A stretch of DNA of 64,000 bases, from the NCBI GenBank assembly GCA_031546925.1, contig JAVBJO010000051.1, positions 301 to 64,300 on the forward strand, given 5' to 3'. The DNA is from Rhodospirillaceae bacterium (lineage in GTDB: Bacteria; Pseudomonadota; Alphaproteobacteria; Rhodospirillales; Magnetospirillaceae). Every line of letters begins with the position of its first letter. The stretch's first letter is position 1. The translations under genes and the position numbers were made by a program. Shown here piece after piece: positions 29,552 to 38,532 of this stretch. The notes under the pieces are model-generated. The model made no database searches. It saw nothing but the letters and a program-made list of their open reading frames with translations, and was not told the origin of the DNA.

Positions 29552-30675
29552 AATACATCGATGAATTTCGCGATGGCGAGCGCGCTCGTCATCTCGCCTC
29601 CGCCATTGCCGCCACCGTCGAACCGGGGCGAGTCTATCGCATCATGGAGTTTTGCGGCGGTCACACCCATGCCATCTCGCGCTACGGGTTAGAGGATATT
29701 CTCCCCGCTGCGGTGCGCTTGATCCATGGCCCCGGCTGCCCGATCTGCGTCCTGCCGGTGGGGCGGATCGACAGCGCGGTGCGCTTGGCCAAGGAGCCGG
29801 GAGTGATCCTCTGTTCCTACGGCGATACCATGCGGGTGCCGGGATCGGATGGAACCTCCTTGTTGCGCGCCAAGGCGCAAGGGGCCGATGTGCGCATGGT
29901 TTACTCGGCGCTGGATAGCGTCACCCTCGCGCGGGAGAACCCCGATAAAACCGTGGTGTTCTTCGCCATCGGCTTCGAGACCACCACCCCCCCCACGGCG
30001 GTGGCGCTGAAGCAGGCACAAGGGGGGGGACTCAGCAATTTCTTGGTGTTTTGTAATCATGTGCTGACGCCTCCGGCCATTGGACGGATTCTGGATGCTC
30101 CGGGGGAGACGGTGCCGTTGGATGCCTTCATTGGCCCGGCCCATGTCTCAACGCTGATCGGCATGGCGCCCTATGAGCCGTTCGTGCACAAGTATGGCCG
30201 TCCGGTGGTCATCGCCGGGTTCGAGCCGTTGGATGTACTCCAGTCGGTGTTGATGCTGATTCGCCAGATCAACCAAGGCGTGGCCAAGGTGGAGAACGAA
30301 TACACCCGGGCGGTCACCCGGGAGGGCAATCGCGTGGCCCAGGCCCTGGTGACCGAGGTGTTCGAGCTGCGCGACACCTTCGAATGGCGCGGATTGGGCG
30401 ATATCCAACGTTCGGCCTTGAAACTGCGCCCAGCCTTTGCCGCCTTCGATGTGGAAAACCGCTGGGAGATTCCCTCGCACTCTCCGCCCGACCATCGGGC
30501 TTGCGATTGCGGCGCGATCTTGCGTGGGGTCAAGCGCCCCACCGACTGCAAGCTGTTCGGCAAGGCCTGCACACCGGAAACCCCCATGGGAAGCTGCATG
30601 GTTTCGGGCGAGGGCGCTTGCGCCGCCGCTTGGGCCTATGGCCGCTTCAGAGATACCCCCGTCACCACCGCTTAA
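29548..30675 (+). CDS. hypD: hydrogenase maturation Fe-S protein HypD
   Basis: MKYIDEFRD start (ATGA overlap with hypC), then FCGGHTH, GPGCPICV and a C-terminal Cys cluster. Confidence 0.9.
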   Translation: MKYIDEFRDGERARHLASAIAATVEPGRVYRIMEFCGGHTHAISRYGLEDILPAAVRLIHGPGCPICVLPVGRIDSAVRLAKEPGVILCSYGDTMRVPGSDGTSLLRAKAQGADVRMVYSALDSVTLARENPDKTVVFFAIGFETTTPPTAVALKQAQGGGLSNFLVFCNHVLTPPAIGRILDAPGETVPLDAFIGPAHVSTLIGMAPYEPFVHKYGRPVVIAGFEPLDVLQSVLMLIRQINQGVAKVENEYTRAVTREGNRVAQALVTEVFELRDTFEWRGLGDIQRSALKLRPAFAAFDVENRWEIPSHSPPDHRACDCGAILRGVKRPTDCKLFGKACTPETPMGSCMVSGEGACAAAWAYGRFRDTPVTTA

Positions 30676-30681
30676 AGGATT

Positions 30682-31740
30682 TTGTTACCCATGGCGCTTC
30701 CTCGTCGTCGCCAGCCCCATGGGCTGGATTTGGAACAGGGATGTGTGGAACTGAGCCACGGCGGCGGAGGCCGGGCCATGGTCACCCTGGTGGAGACCCT
30801 GTTTATCGCAGCCTTCGACAACGAGGCCTTGCGCCAACGCAACGACCAAGCCGCCTTCACGGTGGAGGCCGGACGGATGGTGATCACCACGGACGGACAC
30901 GTCATCCATCCGCTGTTTTTCCCCGGCGGAGACATTGGCAGTCTTTCGGTGCACGGGACCATCAACGACGTGGCGATGGCGGGCGCTCGTCCTCTTTCCC
31001 TCTCGGCGGGGTTCATCCTGGAGGAAGGCTTTCCCCTGAAGGATCTCCGTCGCATCGTAGAGAGCATGGCCGAGGCCTCGCGAGCGAGCGGCGTTCCCAT
31101 CGTCACCGGCGACACCAAGGTGGTGGAGCGCGGCAAGGCCGACGGCGTCTTTATCACCACCACGGGGATTGGCGTGGTTCCTCCGGGGGTTGATATCTCT
31201 GGCGCACATGCTCGTCCCGGCGATGCGATCCTGATTTCGGGACGAATCGGGGATCACGGCATGGCGGTGCTGGGGCAACGCAACTCCCTGGGATTCGAGA
31301 GCAGCTTGCGCTCGGACTCCGCCGCGTTGCATACTCTGGTGGCGGAGATGGTGGCGACCTATCGTGGCATTCACGTTCTGCGCGATCCAACCCGAGGCGG
31401 CTTGGGGGCCACCCTGAACGAGATCGCTCATCAGGCAGGCGTGGGCATGATCCTGCAAGAGGACGCCATTCCCATCGGCCCCGAAGTCCGGGGGGCTTGT
31501 GAATTGTTGGGTCTCGACCCGCTTTACATTGCCAACGAGGGCAAGCTGATCTGCATCTGCCCGCCCGAGGCGACCGCCCCTCTGCTGGCGGTGATGCGCG
31601 CCCATCCCCTGGGGAAAGAGGCCGTACAAATTGGATTGTGCGATAAGGATCCGCACTGTTTTGTCCGGATGACCACAAAACTAGGCGGGATGCGCATGGT
31701 GGATTGGTTGGCCGGGGATCCGTTACCGAGGATCTGCTAA
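30682..31740 (+). CDS. hypE: hydrogenase maturation carbamoyl dehydratase HypE
   Basis: PurM-like fold with the characteristic C-terminal PRIC. The start could instead be ATG 30691. Confidence 0.9.
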   Translation: MLPMALPRRRQPHGLDLEQGCVELSHGGGGRAMVTLVETLFIAAFDNEALRQRNDQAAFTVEAGRMVITTDGHVIHPLFFPGGDIGSLSVHGTINDVAMAGARPLSLSAGFILEEGFPLKDLRRIVESMAEASRASGVPIVTGDTKVVERGKADGVFITTTGIGVVPPGVDISGAHARPGDAILISGRIGDHGMAVLGQRNSLGFESSLRSDSAALHTLVAEMVATYRGIHVLRDPTRGGLGATLNEIAHQAGVGMILQEDAIPIGPEVRGACELLGLDPLYIANEGKLICICPPEATAPLLAVMRAHPLGKEAVQIGLCDKDPHCFVRMTTKLGGMRMVDWLAGDPLPRIC

Positions 31741-31824
31741 GTCCAGATCCTGTTTTTGCTATTGTTTCCATCGGAATGATCGCCTAATTTTTACGATTGG
31801 GCTTGTTTTGCAAAGGGCTGAAAG

Positions 31825-33825
31825 ATGAGTTTCTTCACCAACATGAAAATTCCAGGGAAGATTGCTCTGGCATTCACGCTCTTGGTTGCCATCGTCCTTG
31901 TCAGCGGCGGACTTGCGATTTATCAGCTGGCAGCGCTCAACGAGGCGACAAAGAACGTTATGAACAATTCCCTCCCCAGTATCCGGGTTCTGGGACTGGT
32001 GCGGTCGTCTCTGGTTGAGTTGCGCCGTCAGGAGCTCACCTACATCGTCCGGGCCACGTCCTTGGTCGGGCAGCCCAATGCGGCGGCAGAGACAGAAAAG
32101 TATAAACAGATTATTATCCAGCGCATTAAAGCAACGGATGACATACTACAGGATTATTCCAATAATTATATTGGCGATGAAGGAGAAAGGGCAATATACA
32201 ACAAAATAAATAAAGAATGGAAGGGCTACTCTGAGATAACGGCCACCCTTTTTGAGTTAGTTGGGCGCCAGTCATTCTCTGAAGTTCAGGCATTTCAGTT
32301 TGGAAAGTCCTCTGAATATTTCGCACAGATGATGGTTCCGCTTGATGAAGACATTGCATACAATGATAAAGGCGCTACCACGTCTATGGATATCGCTAAC
32401 CATACCTACGATCAAGGTAAGGTTATTTCCATTATAGCCTCTGGCATAGCAATTATGCTGGCGCTCTTTTTTGCCCTTTTGCTGCGCGGCGCCATTGCGG
32501 TTCCCATCAGCCGGATGACCGAGGTGATGGGACGGCTGGCCAACAACGACAATGAGGTTGAGGTTCCCAGCCTTGGCCGCAGGGATGAAATCGGCAAGAT
32601 GGCCGAGGCCGTTCAGATCTTCAAACAAAATGGCATCGAAAAAATCCGCATGGAGCAGGAAGCCCAGGCCGCTCGCGTGGCCCAAGCCCAGGCAGAGGAA
32701 GCGCAGAGGAAGCGCGAAGCCGCCATCGTCGCCGAAGTTGCCACCGTCGCCAAAGCGGCATCAGAGGGCGATTTAGAGCGTCAGATCGATCTGCACGGCA
32801 AGGACGGGTTCCTGCTCAATCTGTGCGAGGGTGTCAATAATTTGGTTCACTTGACCGGCGTCGCCTTGACCGATGTGGCCAAGGTGTTGTCCGCTGTAGC
32901 GGATGGGGATCTCACGCAGCGCATCGAGGCGGCTTACGGCGGCGTGTTCGGCCAATTAAAGAGCGACGTGAACCGCACCGCCGACCAGTTGTTAGAGATC
33001 GTCAACAGCATCAACGCCTCTGCCGGCCAGATCGGTTCCGCCGCCTCGGAAGTGTCCGCAGGAAGCCAGGATCTGTCGGAACGCTCGGAGCAACAGGCCT
33101 CGGCCTTGGAGCAAACCGCAGCTTCCATGGAAGAATTGGCCTCGACCGTGCGCCAGAATGCCGCCAATGCCCAACAGGCGAACCAATTGGCCGCAGGAGC
33201 CCGGGAGACGGCGATGGCCGGTGGGCAGGTGGTCAGTGATGCCATCGTGGCCATGGGACGCATCGAAACCTCGAGCCAGAAGATCGAAGACATCGTTGGC
33301 TTGATCGACGAAATCGCCTTCCAGACCAACCTCCTGGCGCTTAACGCTGCGGTAGAGGCGGCTCGGGCGGGAGACGCCGGCAAAGGCTTCGCCGTAGTCG
33401 CGCAAGAAGTGCGTAATTTAGCCCAGCGTTCGGCCCAGGCCTCGCGGGAGATTAAAACCTTGATCGCTGAAAGCTCATCCCAAGTTCGCTCTGGGGTTGA
33501 TCTGGTCAAGAGCGCGGGGAAAACCCTGGAGGACATCCTCGGGGGTGTGCGCCGTGTCGCCGATATCGTTGCCGAGATTGCCGCTGCTTCCAGCGAACAG
33601 GCCACTGGTATCGATCAAGTCAACGCCGCCGTCAGTCAAATGGACGAGATGACCCAGCAGAACGCTGCCTTGGTGGAAGAATCCACCGCCGCAGCCCATG
33701 CCCTGGCGGAGCAATCGCGGGAACTCAACCAACAGATGGAGTTCTTCCATACCGACGGGGGGGCTCGAACCAAAAGGGGGAACTCCTCCGCTTCTTACAG
33801 CAAGGGACAACACGCCCGCGCATGA
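31825..33825 (+). CDS. methyl-accepting chemotaxis protein (two TM, periplasmic sensor, HAMP, signalling domain)
   Basis: The highly conserved hairpin [42 protein letters not shown] is present. The N-terminal sensor part is AT-rich. Confidence 0.9.
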   Translation: MSFFTNMKIPGKIALAFTLLVAIVLVSGGLAIYQLAALNEATKNVMNNSLPSIRVLGLVRSSLVELRRQELTYIVRATSLVGQPNAAAETEKYKQIIIQRIKATDDILQDYSNNYIGDEGERAIYNKINKEWKGYSEITATLFELVGRQSFSEVQAFQFGKSSEYFAQMMVPLDEDIAYNDKGATTSMDIANHTYDQGKVISIIASGIAIMLALFFALLLRGAIAVPISRMTEVMGRLANNDNEVEVPSLGRRDEIGKMAEAVQIFKQNGIEKIRMEQEAQAARVAQAQAEEAQRKREAAIVAEVATVAKAASEGDLERQIDLHGKDGFLLNLCEGVNNLVHLTGVALTDVAKVLSAVADGDLTQRIEAAYGGVFGQLKSDVNRTADQLLEIVNSINASAGQIGSAASEVSAGSQDLSERSEQQASALEQTAASMEELASTVRQNAANAQQANQLAAGARETAMAGGQVVSDAIVAMGRIETSSQKIEDIVGLIDEIAFQTNLLALNAAVEAARAGDAGKGFAVVAQEVRNLAQRSAQASREIKTLIAESSSQVRSGVDLVKSAGKTLEDILGGVRRVADIVAEIAAASSEQATGIDQVNAAVSQMDEMTQQNAALVEESTAAAHALAEQSRELNQQMEFFHTDGGARTKRGNSSASYSKGQHARA

Positions 33826-33829
33826 GGAC

Positions 33830-33875
33830 GTGCCCCCTGGCGTTAAAAGCCAGGGGGCACCCTCTTTCGTTTGTT
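33830..33875. terminator. bidirectional intrinsic terminator between the MCP gene and hsp20
   Basis: Perfect 12-bp stem GTGCCCCCTGGC / GCCAGGGGGCAC, followed by a T-rich CCTCTTTCGTTTGTT. Confidence 0.75.
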
Positions 33876-34332
33876 ACGCGGCCTGATCGGTCAGCAGGTT
33901 TTTTTTGGCCTCGATCTTCACGATCCTCGGCTTCATTTGCTCTGGAATCTCGCGCCGCAGTTCGATGTGCAGCAGCCCATTGACCAGAGTGGCCTCGCCG
34001 ACACGGATGAAATCAGCCAATTCGAAACGACGTTCGAACGACCGCCCAGCGATTCCCCGATGGAGATACGCGACCCCCTCGGGGCTGGCTTCGCGCCGCG
34101 CCGCGCCGGTGACGGCCAGGGTCTGGCCGTGAACGGTGATGGTAATGTCGGATTCGGCAAAGCCAGCAACGGCCATGGCAATCCGGTAGTTGTCCTCGTC
34201 CAGCTTCTCGATATTATACGGGGGATAGGAGACGGCGCTGTCGTCAAGACGCTGCGCGGCATCCAACATCCGGGATAAGTGATCGAATCCCACTGTCGAA
34301 CGGAACAACGGGGAAAGGTCAAACGTACGCAT
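33874..34332 (-). CDS. Hsp20/IbpA-family small heat-shock protein
   Basis: MRTFDLSPLFRSTVGFDHL...YPPYNIEKLDEDNYRIAMAVAGF is an alpha-crystallin domain. Internal ATG 34332 is preferred. Confidence 0.85.
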   Translation of the reverse strand: MRTFDLSPLFRSTVGFDHLSRMLDAAQRLDDSAVSYPPYNIEKLDEDNYRIAMAVAGFAESDITITVHGQTLAVTGAARREASPEGVAYLHRGIAGRSFERRFELADFIRVGEATLVNGLLHIELRREIPEQMKPRIVKIEAKKNLLTDQAA

Positions 34333-34593
34333 TTCTAGTTCTCCTTCTCGAAGCAACCAGTATCATTTGGCTCCAGTTCCGAAACCAGGTCTCTCCGTGA
34401 TGGACGAGTCCTTCTTCGCTTCTTTCCTGGCACCGCTCTGTGGCCCCGGACCTCCGGCAACCACGCACGAGGATATTTAGGGATAGCTTTTTTTTCGTCA
34501 AGGCTGACGTTCGACCTTTTTTAACTGACCTTTGCCGCATTGAAACGACCGACCGTTATGCCACATGCTGGCGTACTGAAGCGGAGTACCCTC

Positions 34594-35001
34594 ATGCAAC
34601 AGCCGGTCTTTATCCTAAAAGTTTATGATGAAGCGATGAGCCTCATTGTTGAAACCAGAAACTATATTGCTTTTGTCGAGGCAAGGCGGCGACAGAGCCT
34701 TGATGAGATGACAAGCCTCCGTGCCTCGTGCGAAGCTCTGCGTGTCACCTCACGTCTTATCCAAGTCATGGCATGGCTGATGATGCAAAGAGCCGTCCAT
34801 AACGGTGAGATCTCTCATGAGGAGGCTCTCAGCGATCGGAATAGACTCTCCGGGGAGGTATTCTGTCTTGATGATGCTTTTGCCGAAGATGAATCTTTAC
34901 CAGGTGGGCTCAGGAGTTTATTGGACAGAAGCTATCGTCTTTATGTGCGGACCATTCGCTTGGAACGGCAGATGGTCCTCGCGGGGGTCAAGAGTCCCTG
35001 A
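34594..35001 (+). CDS. DUF1465 / RcdA-like protein
   Basis: VYDEAMSLIVETRNYIAF...LRVTSRLIQVMAWLMMQRAVHNGEIS pattern. Start is uncertain among TTG 34540, ATG 34558 and ATG 34594. Confidence 0.55.
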   Translation: MQQPVFILKVYDEAMSLIVETRNYIAFVEARRRQSLDEMTSLRASCEALRVTSRLIQVMAWLMMQRAVHNGEISHEEALSDRNRLSGEVFCLDDAFAEDESLPGGLRSLLDRSYRLYVRTIRLERQMVLAGVKSP

Positions 35002-35233
35002 CCCTTTGCGGGGGTGCGGGGGGAAACGTCCCCCCGGCGAGACGGAATACCAAGATTCTTCGAGGATTGGTCGTGGCGAGGAGGTTATCGACGCCTTGTC
35101 CGGGATGGAGGGGCAAAGGCTTCTCATTTTTGTGACCCGCTAACCGATTCTGGATTCAGGGATTCTCTGGGGGTTTGAGGAATATATTGGGATTTATGTA
35201 GGGTTTTTACGGGGTTGAGGGTGTGGGGTGGGG

Positions 35234-35306
35234 GATTTTGGATGGGAAAGATTTTGGACTCGGGTTCGGGGAGATGAAGGCTGATTGATGGGGGATTTTG
35301 GACTGG
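35234..35306 (+). repeat. three direct copies of GATTTTGGA(Y) in a G/T-skewed spacer
   Basis: Copies begin at 35234, 35250 and 35294. Related GGGATT(C/T) units occur at 35158-35204. Confidence 0.6.
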
Positions 35307-35357
35307 AAGAAAAATGTGCTGGCGGTAGAATGTCTATGAGAAATATGGGAGGAAGAT

Positions 35358-35804
35358 ATGAAATTTTTCTTTGTTTTCATGGTCGTATGCCTCTTTTCTG
35401 GGCAGGCGATGGCGGCTGGCCCTAAGGAAGCACGGGATTTTATAAAAAGACTCGATGCCGCAGTGGCGGAAGGGAGGAAAATTGTAAAACCAGGCGTGCA
35501 AACCAAAGATATTGCAAATCATAGCAGAAAAATGCAGGAACTCGTTGCTGAAGGAGAAGAGAGATTTGGAAAATTTGAATTTTCTCAGCCTTACGGATAT
35601 TGCACTTCAGCAGCCGGACAAGCAAACGCTATTTGGATGGATACATACAGTCCATCACATCATAATCCTGAGGGTATGAAGCTGACCATTAGAATTTTCA
35701 AGGAAAAGAAAAAAGATTGCCTCGACATGGCGCGAAAGGTGGAAACAGGAAAATGGCCAGAGAAAGAAGAAGAAGGGTTGGATGGCGAGGCACACCCTTT
35801 CTGA
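35358..35804 (+). CDS. hypothetical secreted protein (AT-rich gene)
   Basis: Signal peptide MKFFFVFMVVCLFSGQAMA and RBS GGGAGGAAG upstream. No family recognised. Confidence 0.6.
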   Translation: MKFFFVFMVVCLFSGQAMAAGPKEARDFIKRLDAAVAEGRKIVKPGVQTKDIANHSRKMQELVAEGEERFGKFEFSQPYGYCTSAAGQANAIWMDTYSPSHHNPEGMKLTIRIFKEKKKDCLDMARKVETGKWPEKEEEGLDGEAHPF

Positions 35805-35858
35805 AAAAATAGGAGAGGCCCGATCGTAACCCTATCGGAGCCTCTTCCCTTTACAGGG

Positions 35859-36191
35859 CTAGCAGGGGTTGGACTTTAGGCGGATGCGGACGTAAGTCCG
35901 GATTTCATCCATCTGGTGGACTTGGATTTTTCGATAGGAGCGCTCGCCAGCATGGGCGGCAATGCGGGAGAGTTCTCCGCTTAAAGAACTCTGGGAACAG
36001 GCTGTGAGTTTAAAGGCCATGAGTTTAATTTCCTCCTGCTCTTCTGGGCTGATCTGGCGCGTATTAGTGTAATAAGCTGCAACGAGACCAGTCGTTGTGA
36101 TTATTAAAAACGCAGTGATATAGCTGAGGTAGCGTGGCGTTTTGCTTTTTACATCTCCAAAGCTACCACGAACGTTGAACTTATCTTTCAT
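35859..36191 (-). CDS. hypothetical single-TM protein (AT-rich gene)
   Basis: TM segment YLSYITAFLIITTTGLVAAYY. It is convergent with 35358..35804. No family recognised. Confidence 0.5.
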   Translation of the reverse strand: MKDKFNVRGSFGDVKSKTPRYLSYITAFLIITTTGLVAAYYTNTRQISPEEQEEIKLMAFKLTACSQSSLSGELSRIAAHAGERSYRKIQVHQMDEIRTYVRIRLKSNPC

Positions 36192-36212
36192 GAGACATTC
36201 CCCAGATCCATG

Positions 36213-36308
36213 TGGCCAGGCTTCGGCCTGGCCGTGGCGCTGTGATTGGATGGTGGCGTGCCCACCAACGGGAGCGTCTTCGCAGGACGCTCCCCGCCAT
36301 GGGGCGGG
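36213..36308. other. cluster of four GC-rich hairpins inside AT-rich DNA
   Basis: GGCCAGGC-TTCG-GCCTGGCC (36213-36232), GGTGG-CGTGC-CCACC (36251-36265), GGGAGCGTC-TTCGCAG-GACGCTCCC (36269-36293) and CCCCGCC-ATG-GGCGGGG (36291-36308). Confidence 0.6.
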
Positions 36309-36404
36309 GAGTAAAAAGTATAGAGTGGAAATATGGGAGAAGTAAGTTCTTGTGATTTAAAATTAGTCGCCTAAAGATGTGCATTAAAATCAAGCAGTCG
36401 GATG

Positions 36405-36992
36405 TTACCAGCGCCAGAATTTTGGGGAGAAGGCATCTAGTATTTCCTTAGTTTTTCTTTCAATTTGACGCTCTGTCATTGACTCTTCCTCTGCTCTAAT
36501 CATGTTGGTGACGGAATCAACCAAGCCAATGAACCTATCCATCTCCATTTTCCAGCCTTTTCCCACCAACCACACTGATGTGGTATAGCAGATGATTAGC
36601 TTTAACGCGAAATCGTCTGCACTTGGGCGCTCTGGGCCTCGGACAAAGGGTTCTGACTGCTTGGAGGTATCTGACGCCTGATCTAGGCGCATGGGACCGC
36701 CACCAGATGCAAGCCAATCTAAGCTAATGTTCTTCTCTGAAGCTAAGCGTGCCAACACTTCAAACGGGGGGCTGCTCTGCCCCTTAACATATCTGCCTAG
36801 CTGCTCAGCGGAGACTCCCGACACATTTGCAGCATCCTTCTTGCTCTTATAGAGGGATATGACAGATGAGAGGCGCTTTCCAACCTCATTTATGTAGGGA
36901 GGAACGCTAGAGAGAGTCTGAAAATCTCGTTCCATCTTTGTTATCCAATTGAAATTAAAGAGATTTTTTGGCATGTCAAAAATGCTGAACAT
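36405..36992 (-). CDS. phage repressor (XRE-type HTH, Mu c-like position)
   Basis: HTH INEVGKRLSSVISLYKSKKDAANVSGVSAEQLGRYVKGQSSPPFEVLARLASEKNISLDWLASGGG. It is divergent from ner. The start may be internal (ATG 36974 or 36935). Confidence 0.7.
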   Translation of the reverse strand: MFSIFDMPKNLFNFNWITKMERDFQTLSSVPPYINEVGKRLSSVISLYKSKKDAANVSGVSAEQLGRYVKGQSSPPFEVLARLASEKNISLDWLASGGGPMRLDQASDTSKQSEPFVRGPERPSADDFALKLIICYTTSVWLVGKGWKMEMDRFIGLVDSVTNMIRAEEESMTERQIERKTKEILDAFSPKFWRW

Positions 36993-37039
36993 GAGGCAGC
37001 GTGGAACGACAAATTTGCGTTGAGTTGTCGCAAAAATGC
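36977..37039. promoter_or_regulatory. candidate operator repeats CAAAWWTGC in the repressor/ner divergent region
   Basis: CAAAAATGC at 36977-36985, CAAATTTGC at 37010-37018, CAAAAATGC at 37031-37039. The inverted repeat CGACAA...TTGTCG lies at 37007-37030. Confidence 0.35.
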
Positions 37040-37076
37040 GAGTATGTTCGCTAACATGATTACGAAATCCTCACCC

Positions 37077-37379
37077 ATGAACATCCCGAAAGACCCCCAA
37101 GAGAGGCGGGGATGGATTATCTGGCAATTGCGCAATCGCGGCTGGTCGCTCAGTCGCGTGGCGCGGGCGGAAGGGGTCTCCGTCACGGCGGTTAGCATCG
37201 CTTTATTGGTGTCCTCAAGGCACATCCAGGAAGCGATAGCCGACCGTTTAGACCTGACCCCCCAACAACTGTTCCCGGAGTTTTACGACATCCAGGGGCA
37301 GCGACTGGGGAATACCCGTGGGAAGCATCGTAGCACCGCCACGCCGAAGGGCAATGTCGAAGAAAGGGCACGGACATGA
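37077..37379 (+). CDS. ner: Ner/Nlp-family DNA-binding protein
   Basis: MNIPKDPQERRGWIIWQLRNRGWSLSRVARAEGVSVTAVSIALLVSSRHIQEAIADRLDLTPQQLFPEFY matches the Ner/Nlp pattern. ATG 37077 is preferred over the listed 37020. Confidence 0.75.
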   Translation: MNIPKDPQERRGWIIWQLRNRGWSLSRVARAEGVSVTAVSIALLVSSRHIQEAIADRLDLTPQQLFPEFYDIQGQRLGNTRGKHRSTATPKGNVEERART

Positions 37380-37618
37380 ACGTGTCCACGACAGGACCGG
37401 GGGGGGATTTCGCTGAAATCCTCCGGAAACTTGGTTGCGAGTGGGGTTCGACCCTCCCCCCGGAGGTGCTCGCGTTCCTGGAAAGTGATGACGGCCGCGC
37501 TGCATTTATCACTTGGTTTGAAGGGCGAGCTGACTATCAGCCTGAGGACTGGTTCCAGATTCTTATTCTTCTGACGATCTTGCGTCGAGATCTGTTTGAA
37601 GTCGTTGGAGTCGTCTGA
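37376..37618 (+). CDS. hypothetical early protein
   Basis: ATGA overlap with the ner stop suggests translational coupling. Composition is normal. Confidence 0.45.
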   Translation: MNVSTTGPGGDFAEILRKLGCEWGSTLPPEVLAFLESDDGRAAFITWFEGRADYQPEDWFQILILLTILRRDLFEVVGVV

Positions 37619-37859
37619 TGCACGCTTCGGCCCGAATGGCGACAATATTAATCTCTGATCCAGAGACTCGTGTGTCGGCGTCGAGTCGGAAAGCAGAGAT
37701 GAGATCCTCACGGGAAACTGTCTCTTGCGTCACCAGTAGCTTCAGCATTTTTTCTCCGATTGCCTCTTTCACAATCGGCTCTGTCGCCATGGCGGACCGA
37801 AGACTCCGTTCTACCCATGCTGCAATTTCTTGCGCCTGCTCTTCAGAGTTTCGTTTCAC
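37563..37859 (-). CDS. hypothetical protein (antisense to the early operon)
   Basis: MKRNSEEQAQEIAAWVERSLRSAMATEPIVKEAIGEKMLKLL has a balanced composition, unlike the + frame shadow 37618..38043. No family recognised. Confidence 0.35.
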   Translation of the reverse strand: MKRNSEEQAQEIAAWVERSLRSAMATEPIVKEAIGEKMLKLLVTQETVSREDLISAFRLDADTRVSGSEINIVAIRAEACIRRLQRLQTDLDARSSEE

Positions 37860-38043
37860 AGTTTTCCTCCGTGGTTTTTCACATCACACAACTCGCAATC
37901 ATAGAGGAAAAAACGCCGACGGTCTCCTTTCGAGGGGCCGTCGGCCATCCATCCCTGCCGCCGTGGGTTATCGGCGGAATCTCCCCAACTGGGGCCGGGC
38001 GCGGTCCGGAAATTTCGCGTCCGGCCTCCTTTTTCCGAGGGTT

Positions 38044-38532
38044 ATGATGCAAAAGAGCCAAAAAGGCCCGCGTCCGACCGATTCCAGGCAACTGGACTTC
38101 CTGGCTTTGCTGGAGGGCGTGGTGGCACTGCCGCCGCCGCCGCGCAGGGTCGAACGGTTGGATTTTAACCAACACATGCGCCGGGCGCTGAACGAGGCGA
38201 TCAAGGCGGGGCCATTCGCCAACCGCGAGAGCTTGGCCGAGGCGGTTAGCCCGATGGCGGGGCGAGTCGTCACCAAGGCGATGCTGGATTCCTGGACCGG
38301 GGCGAGCCGTCCCCATGCGCTGCCCGCCGCGATGGTGGCTCCTCTCAGCCTCGCGCTGGGGAACTCCATCTTGGTGAACGCGGTGGCGGAGCCTGCGGGA
38401 TGCGCCGTCAGCGAGAGCGCGGATCTGATTCAATCCCGAGTCGAGCGGTTGGGCTTGTTTATCCGATTCGCCAAGGCCGAGCAGCGCCGCTTGATCGCCG
38501 CGACGCCCCTGTTTCAGGGGAGGTTGCCATGA
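38044..38532 (+). CDS. hypothetical early protein upstream of the transposase
   Basis: In-frame ATG 38044 (MMQKSQKGPRPTDSRQLDF...). Its stop overlaps the transposase start (ATGA). Confidence 0.55.
   Translation: MMQKSQKGPRPTDSRQLDFLALLEGVVALPPPPRRVERLDFNQHMRRALNEAIKAGPFANRESLAEAVSPMAGRVVTKAMLDSWTGASRPHALPAAMVAPLSLALGNSILVNAVAEPAGCAVSESADLIQSRVERLGLFIRFAKAEQRRLIAATPLFQGRLP

Noticed and set aside
35338-36345. Near-identical 12-15-mers GAAATATGGGAG(G)AAG at 35340 and 36326, as possible direct repeats flanking the AT-rich cassette
   Set aside because: Only about 12 contiguous identical bases match. Identical 12-mers are expected many times by chance in a 64-kb window, and the first copy is simply the RBS region of gene 35358.
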